Made by a program: the position numbers and the translations under genes
Shown: in pieces, positions 1 through 8,502 of the stretch
Layout: every line of letters begins with the position of its first letter
How positions within the stretch are numbered: position 1 is the stretch's first letter
The notes under the pieces: generated by a model
Database searches by the model: none
Seen by the model: the letters and a program-made list of their open reading frames with translations, nothing else
What the model was told of the DNA's origin: nothing
Source of the DNA: a virus
Taxonomy: Duplodnaviria; Caudoviricetes
IMG/VR virus record: IMGVR_UViG_3300017788_000029
Span: 1-57,574 of that record
DNA: 57,574 nt
Strand: one strand, 5' to 3'

Positions 1-123
1 AGCCGGTGTCCGGGATGTCGTCCATTCCATCGACGGGCATCAGTACCTCCCCACGCCGCGAGCCGACCACTGCAACGGGATCGGTCTCCCGCCGTCGATC
101 GCGTCCTCGGGCTGCACCACGCA
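1..123. repeat. Terminal direct repeat (left copy), identical to 57452-57574; indicates a circular or complete genome
   Basis: Bases 1-123 (agccggtgtccggg...gctgcaccacgca) recur exactly at the window end, and genes run continuously across the junction. Confidence 0.95.
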
Positions 124-744
124 CCCGAGCTTGCCCACGCCGTACTCCATCACGAGGCGCTTCCAGGTCGCCTCTCCGGGATCGCTCCTCCGCGTCTCGT
201 TCGACTGTCGGTGGGCGAGCAGGACCGGAGGCCCGCGCCGGAACATCCCCTCGCGCTGACCCTCCTCGATGAGCCAGAGGAGCGCGGCCTTCGCCGCCTC
301 CAGGGTCTCGTCGGAGAGCTTCATCGGAGGCTTGTTGCCCCACGTGGTGACGAGATCCTCTCGGGGGATGGTGTTCGGGTCGTCTTCGAGGCCGGCGTAG
401 AGCCCCTCGACCTCCAGGCCCAGCGACCGCTCGTTGTAGCCGTTGCCGTGCCAGACGTACCACCGGAGCGGGTTCGGCGAGGCCCAGAAGCCGCGGAACG
501 CGAGCGCGTGGCAGCCGACGTCGAGCGCGCGCCGAGCGACCGCCAGCTGCCGATCGCCGAGCGCCCGCTTCACGGATGCCTCGCTCGCGCCGAACACGCA
601 CGCCGTCTGGTGGATGACGATCGCGTCGACCAGCGCCGGGTCACGCTCGACCACCCGACCTCGGCGGACCAGGTGCTTGCGCCGAGGTGTCGCGGGAGGG
701 TTCCGCTGCTCGGCGCGGAGGTCGATGTGCTTGGGCCCCGTCAC
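40..744 (-). CDS. Endolysin, zinc N-acetylmuramoyl-L-alanine amidase (Amidase_2-like)
   Basis: IVIHQT, H-A-L, SLGLEVEG, LLAHR and SDPG match amidase Zn ligands and catalytic Glu; lies after the tail genes and next to membrane-protein genes. Confidence 0.85.
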   Translation of the reverse strand: MTGPKHIDLRAEQRNPPATPRRKHLVRRGRVVERDPALVDAIVIHQTACVFGASEASVKRALGDRQLAVARRALDVGCHALAFRGFWASPNPLRWYVWHGNGYNERSLGLEVEGLYAGLEDDPNTIPREDLVTTWGNKPPMKLSDETLEAAKAALLWLIEEGQREGMFRRGPPVLLAHRQSNETRRSDPGEATWKRLVMEYGVGKLGCVVQPEDAIDGGRPIPLQWSARGVGRY

Positions 745-2126
745 TCGGTGTACCCCAGGAGCCGGACCTGGAAGATACCGCCGCCCGCGGGAGCCGGAGC
801 GGAGTAGTTGAGGTCCACGCCCGTGGCCGGGTTGAACGGGATCTGCGTGACCATCCGAGTCGCGCGGTCGTCGGAGGTCAGCCAGTTGCGCAGGTTCGTC
901 GCCGAGCCCGTGTCCTGGAGGTTGACGTTGGTGACGGAGAGAGCGGCTCCCGTGCCGTCATGGAAGACCTCCAGGTCGACCGCGCGTGCCGTCGCGGGAA
1001 CCGGGTAGAGGTTCAGCGGGAAGTCGCCGAGAGCCGGAGCGCCGGTCGCCGCGAAGGCGTAGTTCCCGAAGACGGTCCTGGCGTTGTCGCTTCGCTGGTA
1101 GATCCACCCGGTGTTCGCCGCGTTTCGACCGAGCGTCCCGACGTGGTAGGCGCTCCCGATCGCGGCTTGGATCGCCGCGTAGGGTGCCGGGAGGTCGAGG
1201 AGCGCAGAGTTGGTTCCGTCCGAGGTCGGAGGCACGTCCGAGAGGACCAGGACGCCATCGAACTGGACGCTCCCGGACTGTCGTGGAGCGAGCGAGAAGC
1301 CCGACCACGGAGCGAGATAGAGGTGGTAGGCCGTGTTCCCCGCGAGGACCACGGCAGGGCTGATCACGGCCGCCGAGGTGACGTCGAGGCCCACCGCGCG
1401 CGCCGCGCGCTCGCCGAGCGGCCCGTTCATCTCGACGAGGAGATCGATCGCGTTGCCGGCAGCGAGTGTCGTGATGATCGAGCGGCGTTCGCGGACGACC
1501 ATCGGAGGACGTCGGCTGCTGATGAGCGGGCGCACGTCGATGACGTCGGAGAACGCGACCGGACCGCCGCCGCCAGGTCGGCGGACGATGGCGATCGGCA
1601 CCCAATCTCCGCCGCTCGGGCTCGGTGCCTGTCCGCCGACTCCGGCCACGATCTGGGTCTGGATCTGGCGCTCCCGCTGCTTCGGGACCAGTTGGGGGAC
1701 AAACGGCCCGCTCGGTGCCGTCCAGATGTCCCGGATCGCGCTCGCGGTCGTGACCTCGACCATCTGCGCCTCGACGAGATAGAAGGTCGTCACGCCAGGG
1801 GACGGCATCGAGACGAGGATCGGAGCGCCCGCGCGCGAGAGCCGGTAGGGGGAGTCGAGCGGGCCCGGCACCGGCGGGAGCGTCGCGGACAACTGCCCCA
1901 TGACGCCGGTAGAGAGAACGACGTCTGCGCCCGACGGCTGGGCGATGAGCCCTCCCAGGACGAAGGAGCCGACCACCTCCGCGGTCGGGTCGGCGATGCG
2001 CTTGGAGGCGAACTGGTAGCGGCTCATCTCCGAGACGAAGCGAGCGATGAACGCCTGCGCGTCGTTGACGTCGGCGCTCGCCGCGCGCTCCAGGAGGTTG
2101 AAAACCTCGTTGTCCATTCCGGCCAT
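741..2126 (-). CDS. Tail fibre or baseplate-attached structural protein
   Basis: 461 aa, beta-rich, directly downstream of the baseplate wedge genes. Confidence 0.6.
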   Translation of the reverse strand: MAGMDNEVFNLLERAASADVNDAQAFIARFVSEMSRYQFASKRIADPTAEVVGSFVLGGLIAQPSGADVVLSTGVMGQLSATLPPVPGPLDSPYRLSRAGAPILVSMPSPGVTTFYLVEAQMVEVTTASAIRDIWTAPSGPFVPQLVPKQRERQIQTQIVAGVGGQAPSPSGGDWVPIAIVRRPGGGGPVAFSDVIDVRPLISSRRPPMVVRERRSIITTLAAGNAIDLLVEMNGPLGERAARAVGLDVTSAAVISPAVVLAGNTAYHLYLAPWSGFSLAPRQSGSVQFDGVLVLSDVPPTSDGTNSALLDLPAPYAAIQAAIGSAYHVGTLGRNAANTGWIYQRSDNARTVFGNYAFAATGAPALGDFPLNLYPVPATARAVDLEVFHDGTGAALSVTNVNLQDTGSATNLRNWLTSDDRATRMVTQIPFNPATGVDLNYSAPAPAGGGIFQVRLLGYTE

Positions 2127-2133
2127 TTCGTCC

Positions 2134-3408
2134 TCACAGGGTGGGGTCAGAGACCAGCGCCCAGCCTACACCGGCCGCGCGCGCGCGCTCGATCGATTGG
2201 TAGAGCGCCTCGATCAGGGCGCGGTACTCCGCCGGGTAGCCGTCGTAGAAGTTGAGCGCCGCACCCGGAGCGTCGTAGGCGTTGCTCGGGTAGGGGGCGT
2301 CGTAGGGCATCCCGAACTCGCCCTCCCCCCCGAGGCCCACGCGGACGAGGAAGAACCGGGTCGCCGGAGCGAACACCACGCCGTCGACCAACGTGCCGTA
2401 GTCGAAGGCGTGGAAGTCCCAGATCATCCCGATCAGGGTCGCCGGGTCGCGGGTCTCGGAGAACGCGTAGCCGATCCCGAGCGGCGTGAGGATGCGCGCA
2501 AGGATCCGGAGGATCGCCGCCGGGCTCACGACGTCGGGGAGCGCGACCAGCCGCCGCCGGTAGTCCTCGTCGGTCTCTCCGGGCGCTCGTCCGGTGCCTC
2601 GGTCTCGGCCGATCGCGTCGAGCCACCCGTGACGCCCTCCGCTCGTCGCCGTCGGCTGCGAGACGGTCAGCGAGAGGTCGGCGAACTCCTCCACCTCGAC
2701 CTGCGTGGTCGCGCCCGGCACGAGCGCCGGCCCATCGACGACCGCGACGTTCGGGCTCCCCTGCGTCACCGAGAGGATGCGCCGAGGGAAGGTCCCGGCG
2801 TTCGGGCCTCCGATGATCCGGACGTACTGGCCGATCATCGCGAGCGTGAAGAAGTCGGGGATCGGCGTGTCGCTGATGTCGTTCGCCGCTCCAACGACCG
2901 CTGCCGGGATCGTCGCCCTCCCGCGCTCGGCGAACGCCGAGATGCTCTCCGCCGTGACGTTCCCCTGGTAACCCGGCCTCTCGGCGGTCACCGGGACCGT
3001 CACAGGCCCGAGCGTTCCCGCGGGAATCGTCGCGTCCGCCGAGGTCGCGAAGGTCACGCCGTCGACCTCCACGCCGTCGGAGTTGCGCTCGCGGACGACC
3101 AGCCGCGTGCCCGCGATGAGCGTCAGGCTCCCGACCGCGGAGCCGATCCGCCGGACCTCTACCGAGCCCGTGGCTCGTCGCTCCCCGGCCGCCTCGGGCC
3201 GGACCTGCGAGGAGTGGGGGCGGAGGTAGTAGGCCTGCGTCGAGACCGCGATCGCCTCCGAAAGACGCTGGAACTGCGCGGCCTGCTGGGCGTAGATGTC
3301 GAGCCCCTGACCGTTGTTTCCCTCCTCGATCGGCACCGTGTAGGAGCGCGGGAAGAGGGATCGCCAGAGATCCAGCAGGTCGTCTTTGGTGGAGGGCTCA
3401 AAGCTCAT
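2134..3408 (-). CDS. Baseplate wedge protein (gpI/gp7-like, with a J-like beta domain)
   Basis: WLDAIGRDRGTGRAPGETDEDYRRRL wedge motif; FATSADATIPAG..PVTVPVTAERPGYQGNV resembles baseplate J. Confidence 0.75.
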   Translation of the reverse strand: MSFEPSTKDDLLDLWRSLFPRSYTVPIEEGNNGQGLDIYAQQAAQFQRLSEAIAVSTQAYYLRPHSSQVRPEAAGERRATGSVEVRRIGSAVGSLTLIAGTRLVVRERNSDGVEVDGVTFATSADATIPAGTLGPVTVPVTAERPGYQGNVTAESISAFAERGRATIPAAVVGAANDISDTPIPDFFTLAMIGQYVRIIGGPNAGTFPRRILSVTQGSPNVAVVDGPALVPGATTQVEVEEFADLSLTVSQPTATSGGRHGWLDAIGRDRGTGRAPGETDEDYRRRLVALPDVVSPAAILRILARILTPLGIGYAFSETRDPATLIGMIWDFHAFDYGTLVDGVVFAPATRFFLVRVGLGGEGEFGMPYDAPYPSNAYDAPGAALNFYDGYPAEYRALIEALYQSIERARAAGVGWALVSDPTL

Positions 3409-3415
3409 CGGGGGG

Positions 3416-4540
3416 TCACTCGAAGGTCACGAGGTCGGGTCGCGTCCGGATGACCTGGCCGAGCGCCGGTACGAGGTCTCCGACGGGAGCCACGATCGCG
3501 TCGTCCAGGACGATGACGCCAGGGACCGAGCGAGCAGCCGCGAAGAGGAGCGAAACCGGGAGGACGGCGTTCGGGCGCAGGACGTTGACCGCCGCGACCG
3601 CCGCGAGCCGCACCGACTCCGCAGCGACCGTTGTGTTCACGCTCGCCGAGAAGCGGAGCCGGAACCGGATCGACACGAACTCGGGGATCGCGCTCAGGAC
3701 GTCCACGATGATGCCCGCGGCCCGGTACTCCAGGAGGGCGAGGAGGACCGCCGTCACGAGCGCGGAGTTAGCCTGCCCCTGCGCGTCGGCGACGAAGATC
3801 GAGACCCGTCCCGTCGGGAGACCTCCCGGATCGACCTCCTCGATGGCCGACGCCTGGCGCACGCCCGGCACGGTCAACGCGCCGAACTCGATCGCGCCAA
3901 GCGTCCCGCGCCGCGCCTGCCGGAAGAAGTCCCGCGCGCGCGCACGGAGCGCCGGATCCTTCTCCTCGTCGTCGCCGCCGGCCGCCGGCTCCTCGTTGAC
4001 CACGATGAGGTTCGGGTCGGCCGGAGGCTCGGAGAACTGCGTGATGGTCCCGGCCGCGACGTTCCCAGCCGTCCCGGCCACTGTCGCCTCGGCGAGCACC
4101 GTCACGGGGCCCGTCGAGCCGGCCGCAAGGGAGACCGCGCTCGTGGTCGCGAACTCAAAGGAGGAGCCCGTTCGGACCTTCGTCCCGATCGGGAGCGTGA
4201 TCGCCGCGAGCGGCCCGAGGCTCCGCGAGATGATGAGGGGGACGACCGAGGGCACCGCCTGCTTTCGGACGACCGTCGGCGAGAAGCGGTCACCGACGAT
4301 GCGATCGAGGTCGATGCCCGAAGCGCCGTCGAGCAGAAGCACCTTCTCGCGGAGCGCCAGCTGCCGCGTGACCTCCTCGGCCATCGCCGAGGCCGAAGCC
4401 GTCACGATGTTGATGTCGCTGCCTTCGGTGAAGACCTCCTCCGCGGAGATCCTCTGCCCGATCGGACGAGCAGCGGAGCGCGCCAGAACCTCGTCGGCTC
4501 CGATCTGGAAGTACGTCTGTCGCGTGGGAAGGTCGGGCAC
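3416..4540 (-). CDS. Baseplate J-like wedge protein
   Basis: A-G-DLD, AEATVAGTAGNVAAGTI, GGDDEEKDPALRAR and RRGTLGAIEFGALTVPGV are typical baseplate J motifs. Confidence 0.9.
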   Translation of the reverse strand: MPDLPTRQTYFQIGADEVLARSAARPIGQRISAEEVFTEGSDINIVTASASAMAEEVTRQLALREKVLLLDGASGIDLDRIVGDRFSPTVVRKQAVPSVVPLIISRSLGPLAAITLPIGTKVRTGSSFEFATTSAVSLAAGSTGPVTVLAEATVAGTAGNVAAGTITQFSEPPADPNLIVVNEEPAAGGDDEEKDPALRARARDFFRQARRGTLGAIEFGALTVPGVRQASAIEEVDPGGLPTGRVSIFVADAQGQANSALVTAVLLALLEYRAAGIIVDVLSAIPEFVSIRFRLRFSASVNTTVAAESVRLAAVAAVNVLRPNAVLPVSLLFAAARSVPGVIVLDDAIVAPVGDLVPALGQVIRTRPDLVTFE

Positions 4541-4560
4541 GGTGTCCCGAGTCTACGCCG

Positions 4561-5391
4561 TCACGAGGACAGAGGCACCGGAACCGTCATCTGGTCCGCC
4601 TCGCCGTTGGTGTCGACGACTTTGATCGAGATCACGAGGATGTCCGACCGCGCGAGAAAGACCTCCACGGCCGCCTTCGCCACGTCGGGCTCGCGGAGCA
4701 CCTGGGCGAGGACCGCCGACTGGAGCGAGCGGATCACCGAGGGCTTGATCAGCCCTTTCAGCGGCTGCTCGAAGCCGTACGCCGGGAGATGGAAGAACGA
4801 CCCGAGCGCGCTCGTGGCTCGGCGGAGGATGCGCTTCCGGAGATAGGCCCGGCCGCTCTCCAGCGCGAAGTCGCCGCGGTCGTTGATCTGGAACGTCCCG
4901 AGCGGGTTCGTGACCTTCTCGTCGTTGAGCAGCTGCGGGTTCGCGAGGTCGACCCGAGCCGCGCGCGCGCGCGCCGGAGGCACCCGGAACAACGGGAAGG
5001 TCGCGAACGCCGCCGCACGACACTCCTCGTCCAGCGAAATCTCGCCGCCGCCGACCTCACGGACGTTCTCGACGACGATCCGGTAGGTCGCCGGAGCATC
5101 CAGGGGACCGTCGAAGAACACGTCCACCGCGGTCTCGGCGACGCGCCGGACGACCTGGGCCAGCCGGACCACGATCCCGTGCGGGGAGAGCGGTTCGAGC
5201 CTCCAGTTTTCCGGGTTGAGCGCGTCCCATGCAGTCGCCGGATCGGAGGCGACGGGAGCCGTCGAGAACGTCACGCGCACCGAGTTTCGTGAGACCTCTC
5301 GCGCCTCGGCCACCGCAAGATAGGACGCCGAGCCGAGCGGGGTTGATCCCGCTCCGCCCGAACCGAGCGCGCCCGTGCATTCCTGCGTCAC
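4561..5391 (-). CDS. Baseplate gp25/GpW-like sheath initiator with an N-terminal Ig-like extension
   Basis: C-terminal LRKRILRRATSALGSFFHLPAYG...LREPDV is gp25-like; N-terminal extra beta domain. Confidence 0.75.
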   Translation of the reverse strand: MTQECTGALGSGGAGSTPLGSASYLAVAEAREVSRNSVRVTFSTAPVASDPATAWDALNPENWRLEPLSPHGIVVRLAQVVRRVAETAVDVFFDGPLDAPATYRIVVENVREVGGGEISLDEECRAAAFATFPLFRVPPARARAARVDLANPQLLNDEKVTNPLGTFQINDRGDFALESGRAYLRKRILRRATSALGSFFHLPAYGFEQPLKGLIKPSVIRSLQSAVLAQVLREPDVAKAAVEVFLARSDILVISIKVVDTNGEADQMTVPVPLSS

Positions 5392-5657
5392 TCCTCCTCG
5401 CCCTCACGCGCATCGCGCTCCTCGCGCTCGCGATGCGAGGCCCGGAGCCGAACCATCGCGGCCTTCGCGTGGCCGTGGACGTCGCCGATCGCCTTCCGCT
5501 GTGCCTCGCGCGAGACCGCCGACGCAGCCTTCGCCGAAGCGACCGCCGCTTGTTGCTCCTCGACCTTCGCCGCCGCCGCCGCGCGCGCCGCCGTGACCTC
5601 GGCGACCTTCGCCGCCTTGCGTGCGACCTCGGCCGCGATCTCCTCCTCCGTGGGCAT
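5388..5657 (-). CDS. Small coiled-coil protein, hypothetical
   Basis: 89 aa Ala/Glu-rich helix; GAGGAGG SD; overlaps the next gene (GTGA). Confidence 0.6.
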   Translation of the reverse strand: MPTEEEIAAEVARKAAKVAEVTAARAAAAAKVEEQQAAVASAKAASAVSREAQRKAIGDVHGHAKAAMVRLRASHREREERDAREGEEE

Positions 5658-5667
5658 CCCGTCCTCC

Positions 5668-7683
5668 TCAGCTACCGTTGACCCAGCCGATCTCGGCGTA
5701 GAAGAACCCGCCTCCGATCGCCGCGTCCACGTTGAACCCGAGCGCGCCTCCAGGACCGGCCGTGAGCACCTCGCCCGGCACGAAGTTGTCGGGCTGGACG
5801 ACGATCCAGTTGTTGCCGCTGCCCGCGGGGCCCCACGGGAAGGGGAAGAAGTTGGGGCCCGCGACGGTCGGTCCGAAGGCGATGATCGGCCTCCAGACGC
5901 CCGGCGTGAAGGTGCCGCTGCCTCCGATCGAGATCGTCGGCATGATGTTCGCCGAGAAGATGTTGCCGTCGATCCCCTCGTTGCAGATGAACAGCGAGAA
6001 GGAGCCGGGCCCCGAGAGATCCGAGATCCGCGGAGTCGTCCTGCCGTTCACGCTTGCGAGCCGCTCAAACGCGCAGACGACGAGCCCGTTCCAGTGCGGT
6101 CTCGTGAATAGGAACGTCGGCGAGACCGGCACGTCGAGGATGAACTGCGACGCCGTGAAATCGATGAACGTGAGGCCGCCGCCGGAGCCTACGATGCAGT
6201 CGCTCTCCGACCAGATCGACGCGACGCCCGTACTGGAGTTTCCGAGCGGGTTGAGCGAGGTGAGCCCGCGGTAGGAGCATCGCTCGGGCTGCACGTCCGG
6301 CTGGAGATCCAGCAGGACCTCTCCGAGTGAGCACTCCCGGAACCGCATCGGCTCTCGGCCCATAGGGAAGCCGAACGCCTGAGCCACGTCGTCGTCCCAC
6401 GCGATGTAGGTGTTCGTGAGGACCGAGAGGTTCTGGAGGAGGCTCGGATCCTGGCTCAGCGAGGGAGCGGAGTGACAGGTGTTGAAAGAGACTCCGCCGT
6501 CGACCTGGACGTTCTCGATCACGAGCCGGTTCACCGCCGTGAAGACCCACCCCTGGACCGGAGCGGCGCCGGGGCTCCGTTCGAAGCGCACCCCCGATAG
6601 CTCCAGGCCTTCGCGCATGAAGTCGCCGTTCCCCAGCGAGCCATCGGCGACGATCCCGATGTCGCCCGTAGCGAGCCGGATCGTGAAGTTGCGCATGGCG
6701 AGGCGCTCGACGAGCGTCACGCCGCAGGAGAGGAGCGGGAGGAACCCGCCGCCCGAATCCATCGAAACGGTGGTGACATCGCGCCCGTAGCCCACGAACG
6801 AGATGCGCCCCACGAGCGGCTCGGGGAGCGTCGCGGAGACGCTGTGCTCCCCCGGAGCAAGCACGATGCAGTCGTCGAGGGCGATGACCGCTCCGATCGC
6901 AGCCGCGATCGTCAAGAACGGGAGGTCCGCGCGCCCGCGTTGTCCCGTGCCGTCGTTGCCGGCCACCGGGTCGACGAAGACGCACTGCGCTGGCCCGACG
7001 GGCGCACCGCTGGGGAGCGTGGTCGGGAGCCACGCCGCGCCGTTCCACACGAGCGCCTGGCCGACGAGCGGAGCGACCGGCGAGACGGGGTTCCCCTGGA
7101 TCCGAGCGACGATCGCCGCGACGGGACCGACGCCAGGCCCGGCGAGGACGTCGCCGAGTAGCTGCGTGATGCCTCCTCCGACCACGAGGCTCTCGACGTA
7201 GAGGTAGAGGTCCCGCCAGGACTTCCACCAGCCCCACGACGAGCCCGAGGCGAACGGACCGAAGGGCTCGTTGTTCTCGCTCCGGTCGATCGTCGCCGGG
7301 CCCGCGTTGAGCAGGGTGGCCCTAGCGTCAGCGCCCTCGTTCGCCGCCGGGACCAGCAGACCGCTGAGCGGGAGCCGGATGCCGAAGATCCTCCGCTGCC
7401 TGCTCTCCGATGGCGTCCCCTCGTCCACCACAAGCTCGATCCGGTAGGTACCCCTCGCTCCCGGAGTCGGCGAGAACGTCCATGTCGCCGGCCCGGTCTG
7501 CGTGAGGGTCGACACCGCCGTGGTGTCCTCGGGAGGAACCCAGAGGAGCCGGAACCGATGCGTCGTCCCTCCTCCAACGGACGTGAGCGTCACGAGCGCG
7601 CCGGTGTCGAGACCGTCGGTGCGGGCTTGTCCCGGCGTCCCTACGGGCAGGCCGGCCTGGTCGATCCTCATGCTCGCGGGCAT
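5668..7683 (-). CDS. Tail spike or receptor-binding protein with a probable beta-helix (pectin-lyase-like) domain
   Basis: VFVDPVAGNDGTG...PFLTIAAAI...IVLAPGEH is the usual lead-in to a right-handed beta-helix; N-terminal Ig/PKD-like region; sits in the baseplate cluster. Confidence 0.7.
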   Translation of the reverse strand: MPASMRIDQAGLPVGTPGQARTDGLDTGALVTLTSVGGGTTHRFRLLWVPPEDTTAVSTLTQTGPATWTFSPTPGARGTYRIELVVDEGTPSESRQRRIFGIRLPLSGLLVPAANEGADARATLLNAGPATIDRSENNEPFGPFASGSSWGWWKSWRDLYLYVESLVVGGGITQLLGDVLAGPGVGPVAAIVARIQGNPVSPVAPLVGQALVWNGAAWLPTTLPSGAPVGPAQCVFVDPVAGNDGTGQRGRADLPFLTIAAAIGAVIALDDCIVLAPGEHSVSATLPEPLVGRISFVGYGRDVTTVSMDSGGGFLPLLSCGVTLVERLAMRNFTIRLATGDIGIVADGSLGNGDFMREGLELSGVRFERSPGAAPVQGWVFTAVNRLVIENVQVDGGVSFNTCHSAPSLSQDPSLLQNLSVLTNTYIAWDDDVAQAFGFPMGREPMRFRECSLGEVLLDLQPDVQPERCSYRGLTSLNPLGNSSTGVASIWSESDCIVGSGGGLTFIDFTASQFILDVPVSPTFLFTRPHWNGLVVCAFERLASVNGRTTPRISDLSGPGSFSLFICNEGIDGNIFSANIMPTISIGGSGTFTPGVWRPIIAFGPTVAGPNFFPFPWGPAGSGNNWIVVQPDNFVPGEVLTAGPGGALGFNVDAAIGGGFFYAEIGWVNGS

Positions 7684-7704
7684 GGGACCGAGCCTAGCAC
7701 GGGC

Positions 7705-8502
7705 TCACTCGCCCTTGATCTTCGCGCTCAGGTAGGAGTTGCGGGCCGCCTTGAACTGCCCGACCGCGACCGCGAGCGCGGCGTAGGCCGTCGTGATCGT
7801 CGTCACCGCGGAGGTCGCCTGGGCCTGGGTCACGGGCGTGACGGGCGGGCCGGGAGGCACGAGGTTGCCGAACGCCGCGAGCACCTGCTGCCCGAAGTCG
7901 TCCGTGGCGTCGGCGAGCGCGTCGGCCGCGTCGGCGTAGTCCTCGCCGCGCACGTAGGACTGATCGGCGTCCTCGTTCGCCAGCCGGACCTCGGGAGCCT
8001 CCAGGGTCGCGCGGTCGGTCGCGCTCGTGCGCCATCGCTCTCCGACCTCCTGCTGGACCGAGTGCGGCGTGACGAGGATGTGGTTGGCCTTCGCGAAGTC
8101 CTCGTCGATCGTCTGACCGTTGACCTCCTCCGGAACGCGAACGTCCTGGGAGTTGAACGCCACGCCGACGATGAGCGGAGCGGTCATCGGGTCGCCGCCG
8201 GGGAGGAGCACCGCAACCTCGGAGCCTCGCTCGATCGGTGAGATCGAAGCCTTGCCGTCTCCTCCGAACGCCGAGGACACGCGGCACGCGATCGGTCCCT
8301 CTCCGGACATATCGCCGAACGTGAACGTCACGTCGGCGATCCAGCCGTAGCCCTCCTCCCATCGCACCGCGTCGTCGTCGTCGTCCACGCGCGCGAGCAC
8401 GACCCACGAGCGAGGGTCGGAGCCGGGAGCGGCCATCGCCTCGCGGAGCCGCCCGAGGTCGAGCGAGCGACGGATCCGAGCGCGTCCCGATCTCCTCGTC
8501 AC
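7705..8502 (-). CDS. Baseplate central spike (GpV/gp5-like OB fold)
   Basis: CRVSS...SPIERGSEVAVLLPGGDPMTAPLIVG OB-fold signature; follows the hub gene. Confidence 0.8.
   Translation of the reverse strand: MTRRSGRARIRRSLDLGRLREAMAAPGSDPRSWVVLARVDDDDDAVRWEEGYGWIADVTFTFGDMSGEGPIACRVSSAFGGDGKASISPIERGSEVAVLLPGGDPMTAPLIVGVAFNSQDVRVPEEVNGQTIDEDFAKANHILVTPHSVQQEVGERWRTSATDRATLEAPEVRLANEDADQSYVRGEDYADAADALADATDDFGQQVLAAFGNLVPPGPPVTPVTQAQATSAVTTITTAYAALAVAVGQFKAARNSYLSAKIKGE

Noticed and set aside
5668-7683. Diversity-generating retroelement targeting the tail spike
   Set aside because: No reverse transcriptase and no template/variable repeat pair found.
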